Source: Macrostomum hystrix (taxonomy: Eukaryota > Animalia > Platyhelminthes). Taken from it: a stretch of 64,000 nucleotides of DNA. The stretch is taken from assembly GCA_950097015.1 (NCBI GenBank), contig CATNEN010000008.1, forward strand, positions 744,001-808,000. Direction: 5' to 3'. Position numbers and translations under genes: made by a program. The number at the start of each line of letters is the position of its first letter. Within the stretch, counting starts at the first letter, position 1. The notes under the pieces were generated by a model. That model saw only the letters and a program-made list of their open reading frames with translations. It did not search any database and had not been told where the DNA came from. Positions 1 through 12,285 of this stretch are shown here, piece after piece.

Positions 1-3000
1 ATAACCCTGTACGTGGTGGTGGTCCTGCTAGTCCTTATCTGCTTCATGACAGTCCTGATCTTCGTGATCTATCGGAAGCTGCGGCTAGAGAGCGAGCTGC
101 ACGGCATGAACTGGCGCATCTCCTGGGAGGAGCTAGAGCCCACTGAGCGCGTTGCCGCTCGGAGACGCAGCATGGCTCAGCAGCAGCCTGTGCCAACGCG
201 CCAGCAACAGCAGCAGCAGCTACCGCAGCCTCAGACTACAAGCAAGAAGAAACGATCTCAATCCAATGCTAAGAATCAGCAGCAGCAGCAGCAGCAGCAT
301 CAGCAGGGTCATCGCAGATCAGATAGCGGCTGCCTGTTCTTTCCGAATCACCGCGCCTCCAGACGGTCGAATCGCGGCGATGACGCCAACGATGCGGCCG
401 CTGAAACCCTGCCGCTGCGAGCATCGTCAGGAGCCGGCGTTGTCGCCGACGACAACCAGAGCGGCGGCCTGGTGGCCATCGGCATGGAACCGGATGGGGC
501 CAGCATGGAATCGGTTGAGACCATCGCTGGAGTCCCGCTTAGCCAGATGTCCACAGCCCAGCTATTCGCCAAGACCGCCTACTACAAGGGCTCGCTGGTG
601 GCCCTGAAGCGGCTGCATTTGAAAAACAAGCGCATTGAAGTCAGCAATCGCCTGCTGATGGAGGTGAAGCGAGTGAAAGATTTGGCGTCGGACAATGTTG
701 TGAGATTCATTGGCGCCTGCTTGGACTCGCCACACGAGTGCCTGGTTACAGAGTACTGCCCCAAGGGTTCGCTGCAGGACATACTGGAGAATGACAACCT
801 CAACTTGGACTGGATGTTCAAGATGTCCCTCATGGCCGACATCTGTCGGGTTGGTTTTTTAATCGAATTTTACTGTTTTTACTGTTCAGTTACTGTGGGA
901 GAAGGGGTGAGAGAAGAGCTGCAATGTGTGGGAGAAGGGGTGAGAGAAGAGCTGCAATGTGTGGGAGAAGGGGTGAGAGAAGAGCTGCAATGTGTGGGAG
1001 AAGGGGTGAGAGAAGAGCTGCAATGTGTGGGAGAAGGGGTGAGAGAAGAGCTGCAATGTGTGGGAGAAGGGAAGAGAGAAGAGCTGCAATGTGTGGGAGA
1101 AGGGGAAGAGAGAAGAGCTGCAATGTGTGGGAGAAGGGGTGAGATAGGCGTTTTGTGTAATGTACGACTCGTAGAATACTGAATGCAAAACTTCTGCCCC
1201 TCTTACTCAGGGCATGATCTATCTGCATCACTCGTTCGGTTCCCATGGCAACCTGAAGTCTTCAAATTGCATGGTGGACTCGCGGTTCAGCCTGAAGATT
1301 GCGGACTTCGGCCTGCGCACCCTGCGCAGTCACAAGGTCGACTACAAGGACAAGGAGGACAGCGAATACTCCACCTACAGAAGTGAGTTCCCTAACCCTG
1401 TCTAACAGGTCCATAATCCTGCCTAACAGGTCCATAACCCTGTCTAACAGGTCCATAACCCTGTCTAACAGGTCCATAACCCTGTCTAACAGGTCAATAA
1501 CCCTGTCTAACAGGTCCATAACCCTGTCTAACAGGTCCATAACCCTGTCTAACAGGTCCATAATCCTGCCTAACAGGTCCATAACCCTGTCTAACAGGTC
1601 AATAACCCTGTCTAACAGGTCCATAACCCTGTCTAACAGGTCCATAACCCTGTCTAACAGGTCCATAACCCTGTCTAACAGGTCCATAACCCTGTCTAAC
1701 AGGTCCATAACCCTGTCTAACAGGTCCATAACCTATTTAACAGGTGTATAACCTGTCTAACAGGTCCCTGACCTTGTCTAGTTCTAGACCAGTCACTTGT
1801 CTAACAATAAACCGTAGATTTCTATCACGTGATTACCTAATTAAACTTATAAGACGAGTTTTAAATTTTATATTTGCCTAAAATGCGATCGGCTGTGTTT
1901 TGAGTTTTGAGTTCGAGCTTGAGGTTTTCATTTCATCTCATAATCGAATGCGTACATTATATACTTTCCGATTTGCAGAAAAATTCTATGGTAAGAACTT
2001 GCGAAAAAATCACTTTTTTTATCAGAGATTGAAATAAATTTCTAGAAGTCACATCATGCACGACGCCTCTTTTGCTCCAATTTTAAGTCAGAGCGGAATT
2101 AATATTATCCACATTCTAGTAAGACTCCCAACTTTAGGATTTAACTTTTTACTCAGAAAAATCGAAGTCCAATAGAATTTTACACGTCACTAGATTTACT
2201 TGCCAATCAAGGCAGAAAATTTATTCTATTTTCTTCAACTTATGCATCATTATAAAATATTCGTTACTTTTACTTCCGTTACATTCAGTGACGTTACTTC
2301 TAATAGACTCGGCCTTTGCTTTCAATTTCGTTACTTTCGTCTGCTTCAGATTCATCATCCTTAATTCCACTTGCGTTACTTTTAGTTCCGTTACTTTCCG
2401 TCGCTTCTGTGTTCCAAGTATTAGGCGATTTTGTCGTAAAAAAATCTGTCTGCTTTGCATTGCCCCCCACCACTGGCTTCATCATTGTCAGAGTTGAGCA
2501 CAATTTTGCTTGCGAGAACACTTGGCTGATTTACAAAACAATGAGTTCCGAAAAAATTGAAGTTTTATTTCGAAGTGGTTGTGTAGGAATTTCAATTTTT
2601 TTATTTTTTATAGTCACTTTTTGCACTTTTATCTTTGACACCTGGATATATACATGTAGTTTCATTTGATGCAGTCAGCCACACATCAATTGCTTGAATA
2701 TCGTAGCCAAAATTGTTTTATTATTAAAAATACTAACTACATAAGGTTTGAGAAATAGGGACAATAAGGGATTCAAAATGCTAGATATTGATGCAAACTG
2801 TTAGATATTGGTGCAAACTGTTAGATATTGGTGCAAACTGATAGATATTGGTGCAAACTGTTAGATATTGATGCAAACTGTTAGATATTGATGCAAACTG
2901 TTAGATATTGATGCAAACTGTTAGATATTGGTGCAAACTGTTAGATATTGATTCAAACTGTTAGATATTGATGCAAACTGTTAGATATTGGTGCAAACTG

Positions 3001-6000
3001 TTAGATATTGATGCAAACTGTTAGATATTGATGCAAACTGTTAGATATTGGTGCAAACTGTTAGATATTGATGCAAACTGTTAGATATTGGTGCAGACTG
3101 TTAGATATTGATGCAAACTGTTAGATATTGATGCAGACTGTTAGATATTGATGCAAACTGTTAGATATTGGTGCAAACTGTTAGATATTGATGCAAACTG
3201 TTAGATATTGATGCAAACTGTTAGATATTGGTGCAAACTGTTAGATATTGATGCAAACTGTTAGATATTGGTGCAGACTGTTAGATATTGATGCAAACTG
3301 TTAGATATTGATGCAAACTGTTAGATATTGATGCAAACTGTTAGATATTGGTGCAAACTGTTAGATATTGATGCAAACTGTTAGATATTGAATCAAACTG
3401 TTAGATATTGATGCAAACTGTTAGATATTGGTGCAAACTGTTAGATATTGATGCAAACTGTTAGATATTGATGCAGACTGTTAGATATTGATGCAAACTG
3501 TTAGATATTGATGCAAACTGTTAGATATTGATGCAAACTGTTAAAACTGTTAGATATTGATTCAAACTGTTAGATATTGATGCAAACTGTTAGATATTGG
3601 TGCAAACTGTTAGATATTGATGCAAACTGTTAGATATTGATTCAAACTGTTAGATATTGGTGCAGACTGTTAGATATTGGTGCAAACTGTTAGATATTGA
3701 TTCAAACTGTTAGATATTGGTGCAAACTGTTAGATATTGATGCAAACTGTTAGATATTGATGCAAACTGTTAGATATTGGTGCAAACTGTTAGATATTGA
3801 TGCAAACTGTTAGATATTGATTCAAACTGTTAGATATTGATGCAAACTGTTAGATATTGATGCAAACTGTTAGATATTGATGCAAACTGTTAGATATTGA
3901 GTGCAAACTGTTAGATATTGATGCAAACTGTTAGATATTGATGCAAACTGTTAGATATTGATGCAAACTGTTAGATATTGATGCAAACTGTTAGATATTG
4001 ATGCAAACTGTTAGATATTGATGCAAACTGTTAGATATTGGTGCAGACTGTTAGATATTGATGCAAACTGGTAGACTTTGGTTCTAACCAATCTTATTCT
4101 CAGAAAGCATTCAGCTGTGAGCAATTTTTCGTTAAATTTGTTGCTACCAGTTGCCGAGAACATGTAAGGAGATCCCGAAAATTGACTTTGAGGGATTTGG
4201 AGAAGGGGAGACTGAAATATGGGAACAGGGAGGTTGTTGCAAAGAAAACTTCCTGTCTAGCTTCGGTTGGGAATGGGGATTTTCCCCGGCCTCGCAACTT
4301 TTCCCCGATCTGCCAACATCCCCGTTACGTGCATAATGGCTAGTAGCTATACGGTTTTTTACTTTCTTTCAGCATCGGTTTGTTTCCTAGAAAATAAAAT
4401 CGATTGGAAAAGAAGGCCGGATGACTGGCTCAGTGGAGGCTCAGGCTGTGGGTGGACGGCTGTGAAGTCCAGTCAGATTGTTGGTATGGGATAAAACTGC
4501 CAGGCAGTTAGTTTTCTCTGCCTACCAAATCTTTGCGTGCTGGAGACTTGACAGCTTTTTGCACTGAGAAGCCAGAATTTTAGCTATCAACAGGACTGGC
4601 GGAATAGCTCAGGGTGGGGGAATAGCTCAGGGTGGGGGGAATAGCTCAGGGTGGGGGGAATAGCTCAGGGTGGGGGGAATAGCTCAGGGTGGGGGGGAAT
4701 AGCTCAGGGTGGGGGGGGAATAGCTCAGGATGAGGGGAATAGCTCAGGATGAGGAGGGGAATAGCTCAGGATGAGGAGGGAATAGCTCAGGATGAGGGGA
4801 ATAGCTCAGGATGAGGAGGGGAATAGCTCAGGGTGAGGGGAATAGCTCAGGATGAGGAGGGAATAGCTCAGGATGAGGGGAAAAGCTCAGGATGGGGGGA
4901 ATAGCTCAGGGTGAGGGGAATAGCTCAGCGTGAGGAGGGGAAAAGCTCAGGATGAGGAGGGAATAGCTCAGGATGAGGGGAATAGCTCAGGGTGAGGGGA
5001 ATAGCTCAGCGTGAGGAGGGGAAAAGCTCAGGATGAGGGGAAAAGCTCAGGATGAGGGGAATAGCTCAGGGTGAGGGGAATAGCTCAGCGTGAGGAGGGG
5101 AAAAGCTCAGGATGAGGGGAATAGCTCAGGATGAGGGGAATAGCTCAGGGTGAGGGGAATAGCTCAGGATGAGGGGAATATTTTTGGGCAAGGGGAAATC
5201 TGACCCCCCTTAAGGTGAGATAAGGTAAGGTCACATAAGGTTACCATGATATCTTCGTGAAGTATCTCAATTTTAAACATTTTTGAAGCACTTACGCCAA
5301 TATTTGAATTAAATTTTGAGTTAGCTCTGATGTCAGAGAGTGCCAACTGTGTACTATTCGAACTGAAATCCCAAACCAGGCAAGCTGTGGACAGCCCCGG
5401 AGCTGCTCAGAGACCCAGCGCCGCCGTTCGAGGGCACCAAAGAGGGCGACGTGTACAGCTTCGCCATCATCTGCCAGGAGATCATCTACAGGAAGGGCGT
5501 GTTTTTCATTAGCGACTCGGACTTCATTGAACCGCAGGGTGAGCTGCTGTGCCAACTGAAGGCTGCGTACGGCTGTTCAGTCCATGGACTGGGGGGACGC
5601 CCCACCCACCCTCAGATACCCCAGCTGACGCTGGCACCCATTTAACAGATGATGCTGAGTTAAGCCGAGAATCGAACCCCGGACCTTCAATTCTAGCGAG
5701 TCCTAGGCTCTTACCACAGGGTCTATAACCCCTTGGGTATGGAGACAGAGATTTGATGGTAAATGCTGGCCGAAATGAACATATATGCAAATCCCCTAGA
5801 CTGGGAGAATTTTAAATGACCAAACTGAATAAGAAAGTAAGGCCATATGAGTCTATGTTTATGCTGATAGGATTTAAAGGCCTGGTCCAGTTTGTTCATT
5901 TCAGAGCTAAATCTGAATTAAATATTTCATCAGCAGCAAAAGCGATGTTAAATCATTTCCACTCTCATCCAGTGACGATAATATCATACTCGTAAATAAA

Positions 6001-8756
6001 TGCTAATGTCAGGTTTGAGGTCTGAGAATCTTTTTCTAACGGAATCTCAAAAACGAAAAGACCGAATTATATTTGTGCTACTTACAGTAATAAACTAAGA
6101 GGTAAAAATCTAGATTTAAAGGTTATTTTCTGTGGGTTTTTTTGCAAGTACACATTGCACTCACATTGCACTCACTTAGTGTGGGAATAGGATAAGAGAG
6201 ATAGGACCGGGGTTCGATTCCCAACTCACGTGAAACTATTTGTGTCCTTAAGCAAGACACTTAACTCTGCGTTGCTTCAGCTCACCAGCTATTAACAGTA
6301 TAAAAGGGCACGATATTTTTCTCGAATGACCGAATAACCGATTTTCGTCAAAGTCCCCCATATGGATCTGAATTTTCCGTCCTTGACGATGAACCAACTT
6401 TCAAGGCCGTCCGAGGTCAGCATCTTCGAGACAATCAGCGATTCAGGAAGATGTTTGATCGGATAAAGCGTAAAATTTCATTCCGAGTTCTCATGTGGGG
6501 ATTTAGGAGGTACAGAAAAGAGAAAATGTGGGCATTTGAAATACCACCCGTGATCTACTGTTAATTGGGTCCATGGACTGAACAGCCGTTCGCAGCTTTC
6601 AGATGCGTCGGGTTCGGGATTGCCCACTCCACGCCAACCCCAACTGCTCCATATCTGTCCGCAGACATTCTCGAGCTGGTCCGCTCGCACCAGAACCCGC
6701 CGTTTCGACCGGCCCTAGTCGAAGAGATGGCGGACCTCGAGGCCGACCGGTCGGCGTCCCTAGCAACCCTCCTGCAGCTCTGTTGGCACGAGGATCCGAG
6801 CGCCAGGCCGACATTCAACGCGGCCAAGAGTCGGATTAATCGATTCAACAAGGACGCCGAGTCCAGCAACATCTTGGACAACCTGCTCAAGCGCATGGAG
6901 CAGTACTCAAACAATTTGGAGAGCCTGGTTGCCAAGCGAACGGATCAGTACCAGGTGGAGAAGAAGAAGGCGGAGGATCTACTGTACTGCATGCTACCGA
7001 AGGCGGTGGCGACTACGCTGATGAGAGGCGAATTGGTCACGGCCGAGTGGTTCGACTCTGTCAGCATCTATTTCTCTGACATTTGCGGCTTCACGGCGCT
7101 GTCTAGCGAGAGCACACCTCTGCAGGTAAACTGTAAACTGTAAACTGTAAACTGTAAACTGTAAACTGTAAACTGTAAACAGTAAACTGTAAACAGTAAA
7201 CTGTAAACAGTAAACTGTAAACTGTAAACTGTAAACTGTAAACTGTAAACTGTAAACTCTAAACTGTAAACTGTAAACTGTAAACTGTAAAATGAGATTC
7301 GAACTTTCGACCTCTCTGTCAGAAGTGCGAAGGCCCCTACGCTCACTAAAAAATGAACTCTACTTTACTGTAACCCCAGGTGGTGACTCTGCTGAACGAT
7401 CTGTACACCCTGTTCGACCGCATCATCGAACAGTACAGCTGCTACAAAGTCGAGACCATCGGTGACGCCTACATGGTGGTGTCCGGCTTGCCGGAAAGAA
7501 ACGGCAACCGACACGCCGGGGAAATAGCCAGAATGGCGCTAAGCTTTCTTAGCAACATCTTCAGTTTCGAGATTCGGCACATGCCCGGAGTGCAGCTCAA
7601 ACTGCGCATCGGCATTCACTCCGGTGAGGGGCGAAATTTATCAAAATTGCTTTATTTTCCTAGTTTGATCCCACGACATCTGATATCCCATGAAAACTGT
7701 TATCCCATGACAACTGATATCCCATGACAACTGATATCCCATGACAACTGATATCCCATGACAACTGTTATCCCATGACAACTGATTTCCCATGACAACT
7801 GATATCCCATGACAACTGTCATCGCACCATGGCTCCTTAGGCCCAGTCTGCGCAGGTGTTGTTGGCCTGAAGATGCCCCGCTACTGCCTGTTCGGCGACA
7901 CTGTCAACACGGCCTCCCGGATGGAGAGCAACGGCATGCCGCTGAAGATTCACATCAGCGCAGCCACGCACCAACTGCTCAGCGACATTGGCGGCTTTGT
8001 CACCACCGTGCGTGGAGAAGTCGAGATGAAGGTGAGATTCGAATGAAGTAACCTTGTCGAACTCGAAATTTAAATTTATAAATCCTCTTTCGTAACTGGT
8101 CCAATCAATAACCATCTGAGAAAACACAACTGGCTTTATCTCACACCTGGTCGTATCTCCCACCTGTAATTATCTCACAACTGACCTTATCTCACACCTA
8201 GCCTTATCTCACACCTGGCTTTATCACACCTGGCCTTATCTCACACCTAGCCTTATCTCACACCTGGCTTTATCACAACTGGGTTTATCACACCTGGCTT
8301 TTCTCACACCTGGCCTTATCTCACACCTAGCCTTATCTCACACCTGGCTTTATCACACCTGGCCTTATCTCACCTGGCCTTATCTCACACCTGGCCTTAT
8401 CTCACACCTAGCCTTATCTCACACCTGGCTTTATCACAACTGGGTTTATCACACCTGGCTTTTCTCACACCTAGCCTTATCTCACACCGTGGCTTATCTC
8501 ACACCTAGCCTTATCTCACACCTAGCCTTATCTCACACCTAGCCTTATCTCACACCTGGCTTTATCACACCTGGCCTTATCGAAAGGCTTTATCACACCC
8601 GGCCTTATCTCACACCTAGCCTTATCTCACACCTGGCCTTATCTTAAACCTTGCGAACTGCAGGGCAAAGGCAAGCAGCTGACCTACTGGCTACACGGAG
8701 AAGGTGACAAGCTCATCGATCCACCCCACTCGGAGAACGGCGCAGCGACACCTTGA
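1..8756 (+). CDS. Receptor (membrane) guanylate cyclase, 5'-partial; join(<1..849,1211..1382,5380..5538,6665..7125,7380..7623,7841..8031,8664..8756)
   Basis: The frame is open from base 1. Domains in order: TM helix ([30 protein letters not shown]), kinase-homology domain ([42 protein letters not shown]), hinge ([18 protein letters not shown]), and cyclase domain ([55 protein letters not shown]). All six introns are GT..AG with matching phases; stop TGA at 8754-8756. Confidence 0.95.
894..1144. repeat. 33-bp minisatellite, ~7.5 copies (GC intron 1)
   Basis: Unit tgtgggagaaggggtgagagaagagctgcaatg. Confidence 0.95.
1394..1767. repeat. 21-bp minisatellite, ~17 copies (GC intron 2)
   Basis: Unit aaccctgtctaacaggtccat. 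Confidence 0.95.
2781..4075. repeat. 20-bp minisatellite, ~65 copies (GC intron 2)
   Basis: Unit gttagatattgatgcaaact, with g/a variants. Confidence 0.97.
4601..5179. repeat. G-rich ~19-23-bp minisatellite (GC intron 2)
   Basis: Unit ggaatagctcagg(g/a)tg(a)gggg, with variable G-run length. Confidence 0.95.
5556..5718 (-). mobile_element. SINE family 1, internally deleted copy in guanylate cyclase intron 3
   Basis: ctgaaggctgcgtacggctgttcagtccatggactgg..., with gaatcgaacccc as the B-box complement. Confidence 0.75.
6185..6612 (+). mobile_element. SINE family 1 copy split by a 265-bp nested insertion (6296-6560)
   Basis: Head and CORE segment at 6185-6295 (ggttcgattccc, gtgtccttaagcaagacacttaac); tail at 6561-6612 (gtccatggactgaacagccg). 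The insert is bounded by TTAA-CAGTA...TACTG-TTAA. Confidence 0.7.
7126..7289. repeat. (GTAAACT)n heptamer, ~23 copies, starting at the intron 4 donor
   Basis: Direct reading of the sequence. Confidence 0.95.
7677..7820. repeat. 17-bp minisatellite (GC intron 5)
   Basis: Unit atgacaactgatatccc. Confidence 0.9.
8135..8646. repeat. ~17-bp minisatellite (GC intron 6)
   Basis: Unit cctggccttatctcaca / cctagccttatctcaca. Confidence 0.92.
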
Positions 8757-9384
8757 AACAAAAGCTTGGCGAAGCGGCGGATGTAGTTTATAGCCCCTTC
8801 ACTAAGGGATTTCGCCACGAAAACTATCCATTTTAACACGTGACACGTCTCCCTTGGCCATATATACCTTCCCATTCTCTGCCGTGTCTGGCTCAGTTCA
8901 TGCATACGAGTATATTGTATGACCATACTCGAGTATATTGATCTACTGATATCAACAGCACATTGTATAGCTGGCATTTCATTTCATTTGATAAAAAAGC
9001 AAGAGATTAACTTCTATGAGTATTTTTAACCGGCAAGTAAGTAAACACAACTTCACATAGAAATATTTAGCAAACCTTAAAACTAACTTATGTTTCCGTG
9101 CTCGAAGATCAGGTCACTGTTTTTGTTTAAAAAATGTTTTCAGCGCATTCAATCGATTGCAAACTATCCGCTTTATTGGTCTTGTCTCCGCGCGTGCAAC
9201 GAAGTTCCACCATTTCTCTGCCTCGATATTTAATGAGTCGAAATTTTGCTTTCTTGCGCAAAAACGTTTACTTACTAATTTTGTTAGCGAAAATATTGTG
9301 TGAATATTTGTAAAAAAATAAGTAAATCCAGATGGGAAAACTTTCACGGGATAAAGGGAAACTTTCCCTTCAGGGAAAAAGGAT

Positions 9385-10672
9385 TTAGGAATATTCCCTG
9401 TGGATTTAGGAATGATTCTCTGCGTGATTTAAGAATATTCCCTGGGTGATTTAGGAATGATTCTCTGTGGGATTTAGGAATGGTTCTCTGTGGTATTTAG
9501 GAATGGTTCTCTGTGGTATTTAGGAATGGTTCTCTGTGGGATTTAGGAATGGTTCTCTGTGGTATTTAGGAATGGTTCTCTGTGGTATTTAGGAATGGTT
9601 CTCTGTGGTATTTAGGAATGATTCTCTGTGGTATTTAGGAATGATTCTCTGTGCGATTTAGGAATGATTCTCTGTGGGATTTAGGAATGATTCTCTGTGC
9701 GATTTAGGAATGATTCTCTGTGGGATTTAGGAATGGTTCTCTGTGGGATTTAGGAATGATTCTCTGTGGGATTTAGGAATGATTCTCTGTGCGATTTAGG
9801 AGTGATTCCCTCTGGGATTTAGGAATGATTCTCTGTCGGATTTAGGAATGATTCTGTGTCGGATTTAGGAATGATTCTCTGTCGGATTTAGGAATGATTC
9901 TCTGTCGGATTTAGGAATGATTCTCTGTCGGATTTAGGAATGATTCTCTGTCGGATTTAGGAATGGTTCTCTGTGGGATTTAGGAATGATTCTCTGTGGG
10001 ATTTAAGAATCATTCCCTGTAGGATTTTGGAATGATTCCCTGTGGGATTTACGAATGGTTCTCTGTGAATTTAGGAATGATTCTCTGTAGGATTTAGGAA
10101 TGATTCTGTGTCGGATTAAGGAATGATTCTGTGTCGGATTTAGGAATGATTCTCTGTCGGATTTAGGAATGATTCTCTGTCGGATTTAGGAATGATTCTC
10201 TGTCGGATTTAGGAATGGTTCTCTGTGGGATTTAGGAATGATTCTGTGTCGGATTTAGGAATGATTCTCTGTCGGATTTAGGAATGATTCTCTGTCGGAT
10301 TTAGGAATGATTCTCTGTCGGATTTAGGAATGATTCTCTGTCGGATTTAGGAATGATTCTCTGTCGGATTTAGGAATGATTCTCTGTCGGATTTAGGAAT
10401 GGTTCTCTGTGGGATTTAGGAATGATTCTGTGTCGGATTTAGGAATGATTCTCTGTCGGATTTAGGAATGATTCTCTGTCGGATTTAGGAATGATTCTCT
10501 GTCGGATTTAGGAATGATTCTCTGTCGGATTTAGGAATGGTTCTCTGTGGGATTTAGGAATGATTCTCTGTGGGATTTAAGAATCATTCCCTGTAGGATT
10601 TTGGAATGATTCCCTGTGGGATTTACGAATGGTTCTCTGTGAATTTAGGAATGATTCTCTGTAGGATTTAGA
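9385..10672. repeat. 23-bp minisatellite, ~55 copies, between the convergent GC and PPIP5K 3' ends
   Basis: Unit gatttaggaatgattctctgtcg / ...tgg. Confidence 0.96.
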
Positions 10673-12265
10673 CTCTGTAGGATCAGACGATTACCTGGTG
10701 GAGTCGGAAAGACTCTGTGTATGACTCCGCGACTCTGCGTCAGCTTGACAATCACTTCTAACGATGTTGATGCTCGGAAACAGAAGCAGTTAAGTTGAAG
10801 GACAAACAGCAATACCCAGTCGTTCATTCGGCCCTTAAATTGGGCTCTTTTGGATATTTTTATCTCGAATGCTAAATTAAAAGTGCATGCCATTCACTGC
10901 GTTCGATTTGATCGAAATATTCTAAATGCAGTTATTTTAAAGTCTAGAGAAATAGTGAAAATTTTGAGTTAATAATACTAACAATACTATTAGTAGTATG
11001 TTAATGATGTCTTATCGTTTAAGTTTTCAAATTTCGTTAACTTATCAATTATCCACAGAGAATGCAGAATTGTTAGCTGGTATTGATGCTGTAATAAAAT
11101 TGTCGAGTAAAGATTGACAGAACTCGCCAGTAACCCGTCCGATCTTCTGAGAATTTTGTTATTATTTGTCATTTGGCGCTAAAGTAAAAGTTCATAAAAA
11201 AAGCAGCAAGACAATTACTGTAGTTTGTGCTGTTCATTTTAATCACATTTTATTGTATTCTCAATTGCTCTATTAGTTTAGGCGAATAGCAATTGAAACA
11301 AGGAACCACTGGGCAAAGTTGTTAATCAAATATTGCCAAAATGTTATATAAATAATTTTTCTGTTTGAATTCGCGCGAAATACGTAAGTATAAAAATAGT
11401 TTTCTCTAACGCTCTAGATAAAAAATATAATCTAAAAGTAGGTTTTGAAAATGTTGATGTTTATACAAGTAGAAAGCAAATCTTTAATTTAAAATAATTA
11501 TCCTTGATTTCGGCGCGAATTCAAATTCAGCGTACAAATGAATCCCCGAATGCCCGCATAATAACAGCTAATTATAACAAAACGGCGCGTTTTTATAATT
11601 AGGAAATCGAGTAAACAGACTACGGAAAAGATGGTGCGTGTTAAAAATATTTATTCGATTGTTGAAATTTGCTTAGAGAAGAAAGCTATAACCAGAAACA
11701 AGTGCAGATTCAGATTTCTGGAATCCGAACAAGAAAATTTGAAATAAAAAAATCTATTTTCTTTTTTGATCTTCAACTAAAGACTATTTTGCATTGCAAT
11801 CTGGAACAGTCTAGTAATCTACATTAAAAAGTTGATTGAAAAAACCAATTGAAAAGCGACTTCAACTGGACTTTACAGCGCCTAGAAAAAGCAAACTAAA
11901 AAACTATAAAAACAGAAAACTAAAACAATCAGAAAACAACTGCGTTTGCAACGATCGGCAACTTACAAAGAAATAGAACACTTTTTAAACTTATAGAATC
12001 TCACGTTCAAAATGAACGTTGCTGATTCGCTGAAAACAGCCCTAATCGGGGTTGGTTGGGCGGAGGTTGGGTTGGCGGTAGACTTTTCTTACCCGCAATG
12101 TCTGCCCAAGGGAATGTACACTCAACAGGCGGAGGGAGATGGGCGTATATAGGGTAGCTTTGCTAGCCAATCAGAGCTGGGAAGAGCTTGTTGAAAAGTT
12201 GAAAAACAATAGACTATGGCTGGTTTCTCGTGTGTAGGGGGTGATAAAATCGTAATGGATTTAAT

Positions 12266-12271
12266 TTTATT
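12266..12271 (-). promoter_or_regulatory. Candidate polyadenylation signal (AATAAA) of PPIP5K
   Basis: AATAAA on the minus strand 14 nt after the TGA stop, followed directly by ATTAAA. Confidence 0.5.
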
Positions 12272-12285
12272 GATGCACCCGAAGC

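Noticed and set aside
890-1751. ORFs with [18 protein letters not shown] and SNRSITL repeats
   Set aside because: These are translations of intronic 33-bp and 21-bp minisatellites; flanking exons splice cleanly around them.
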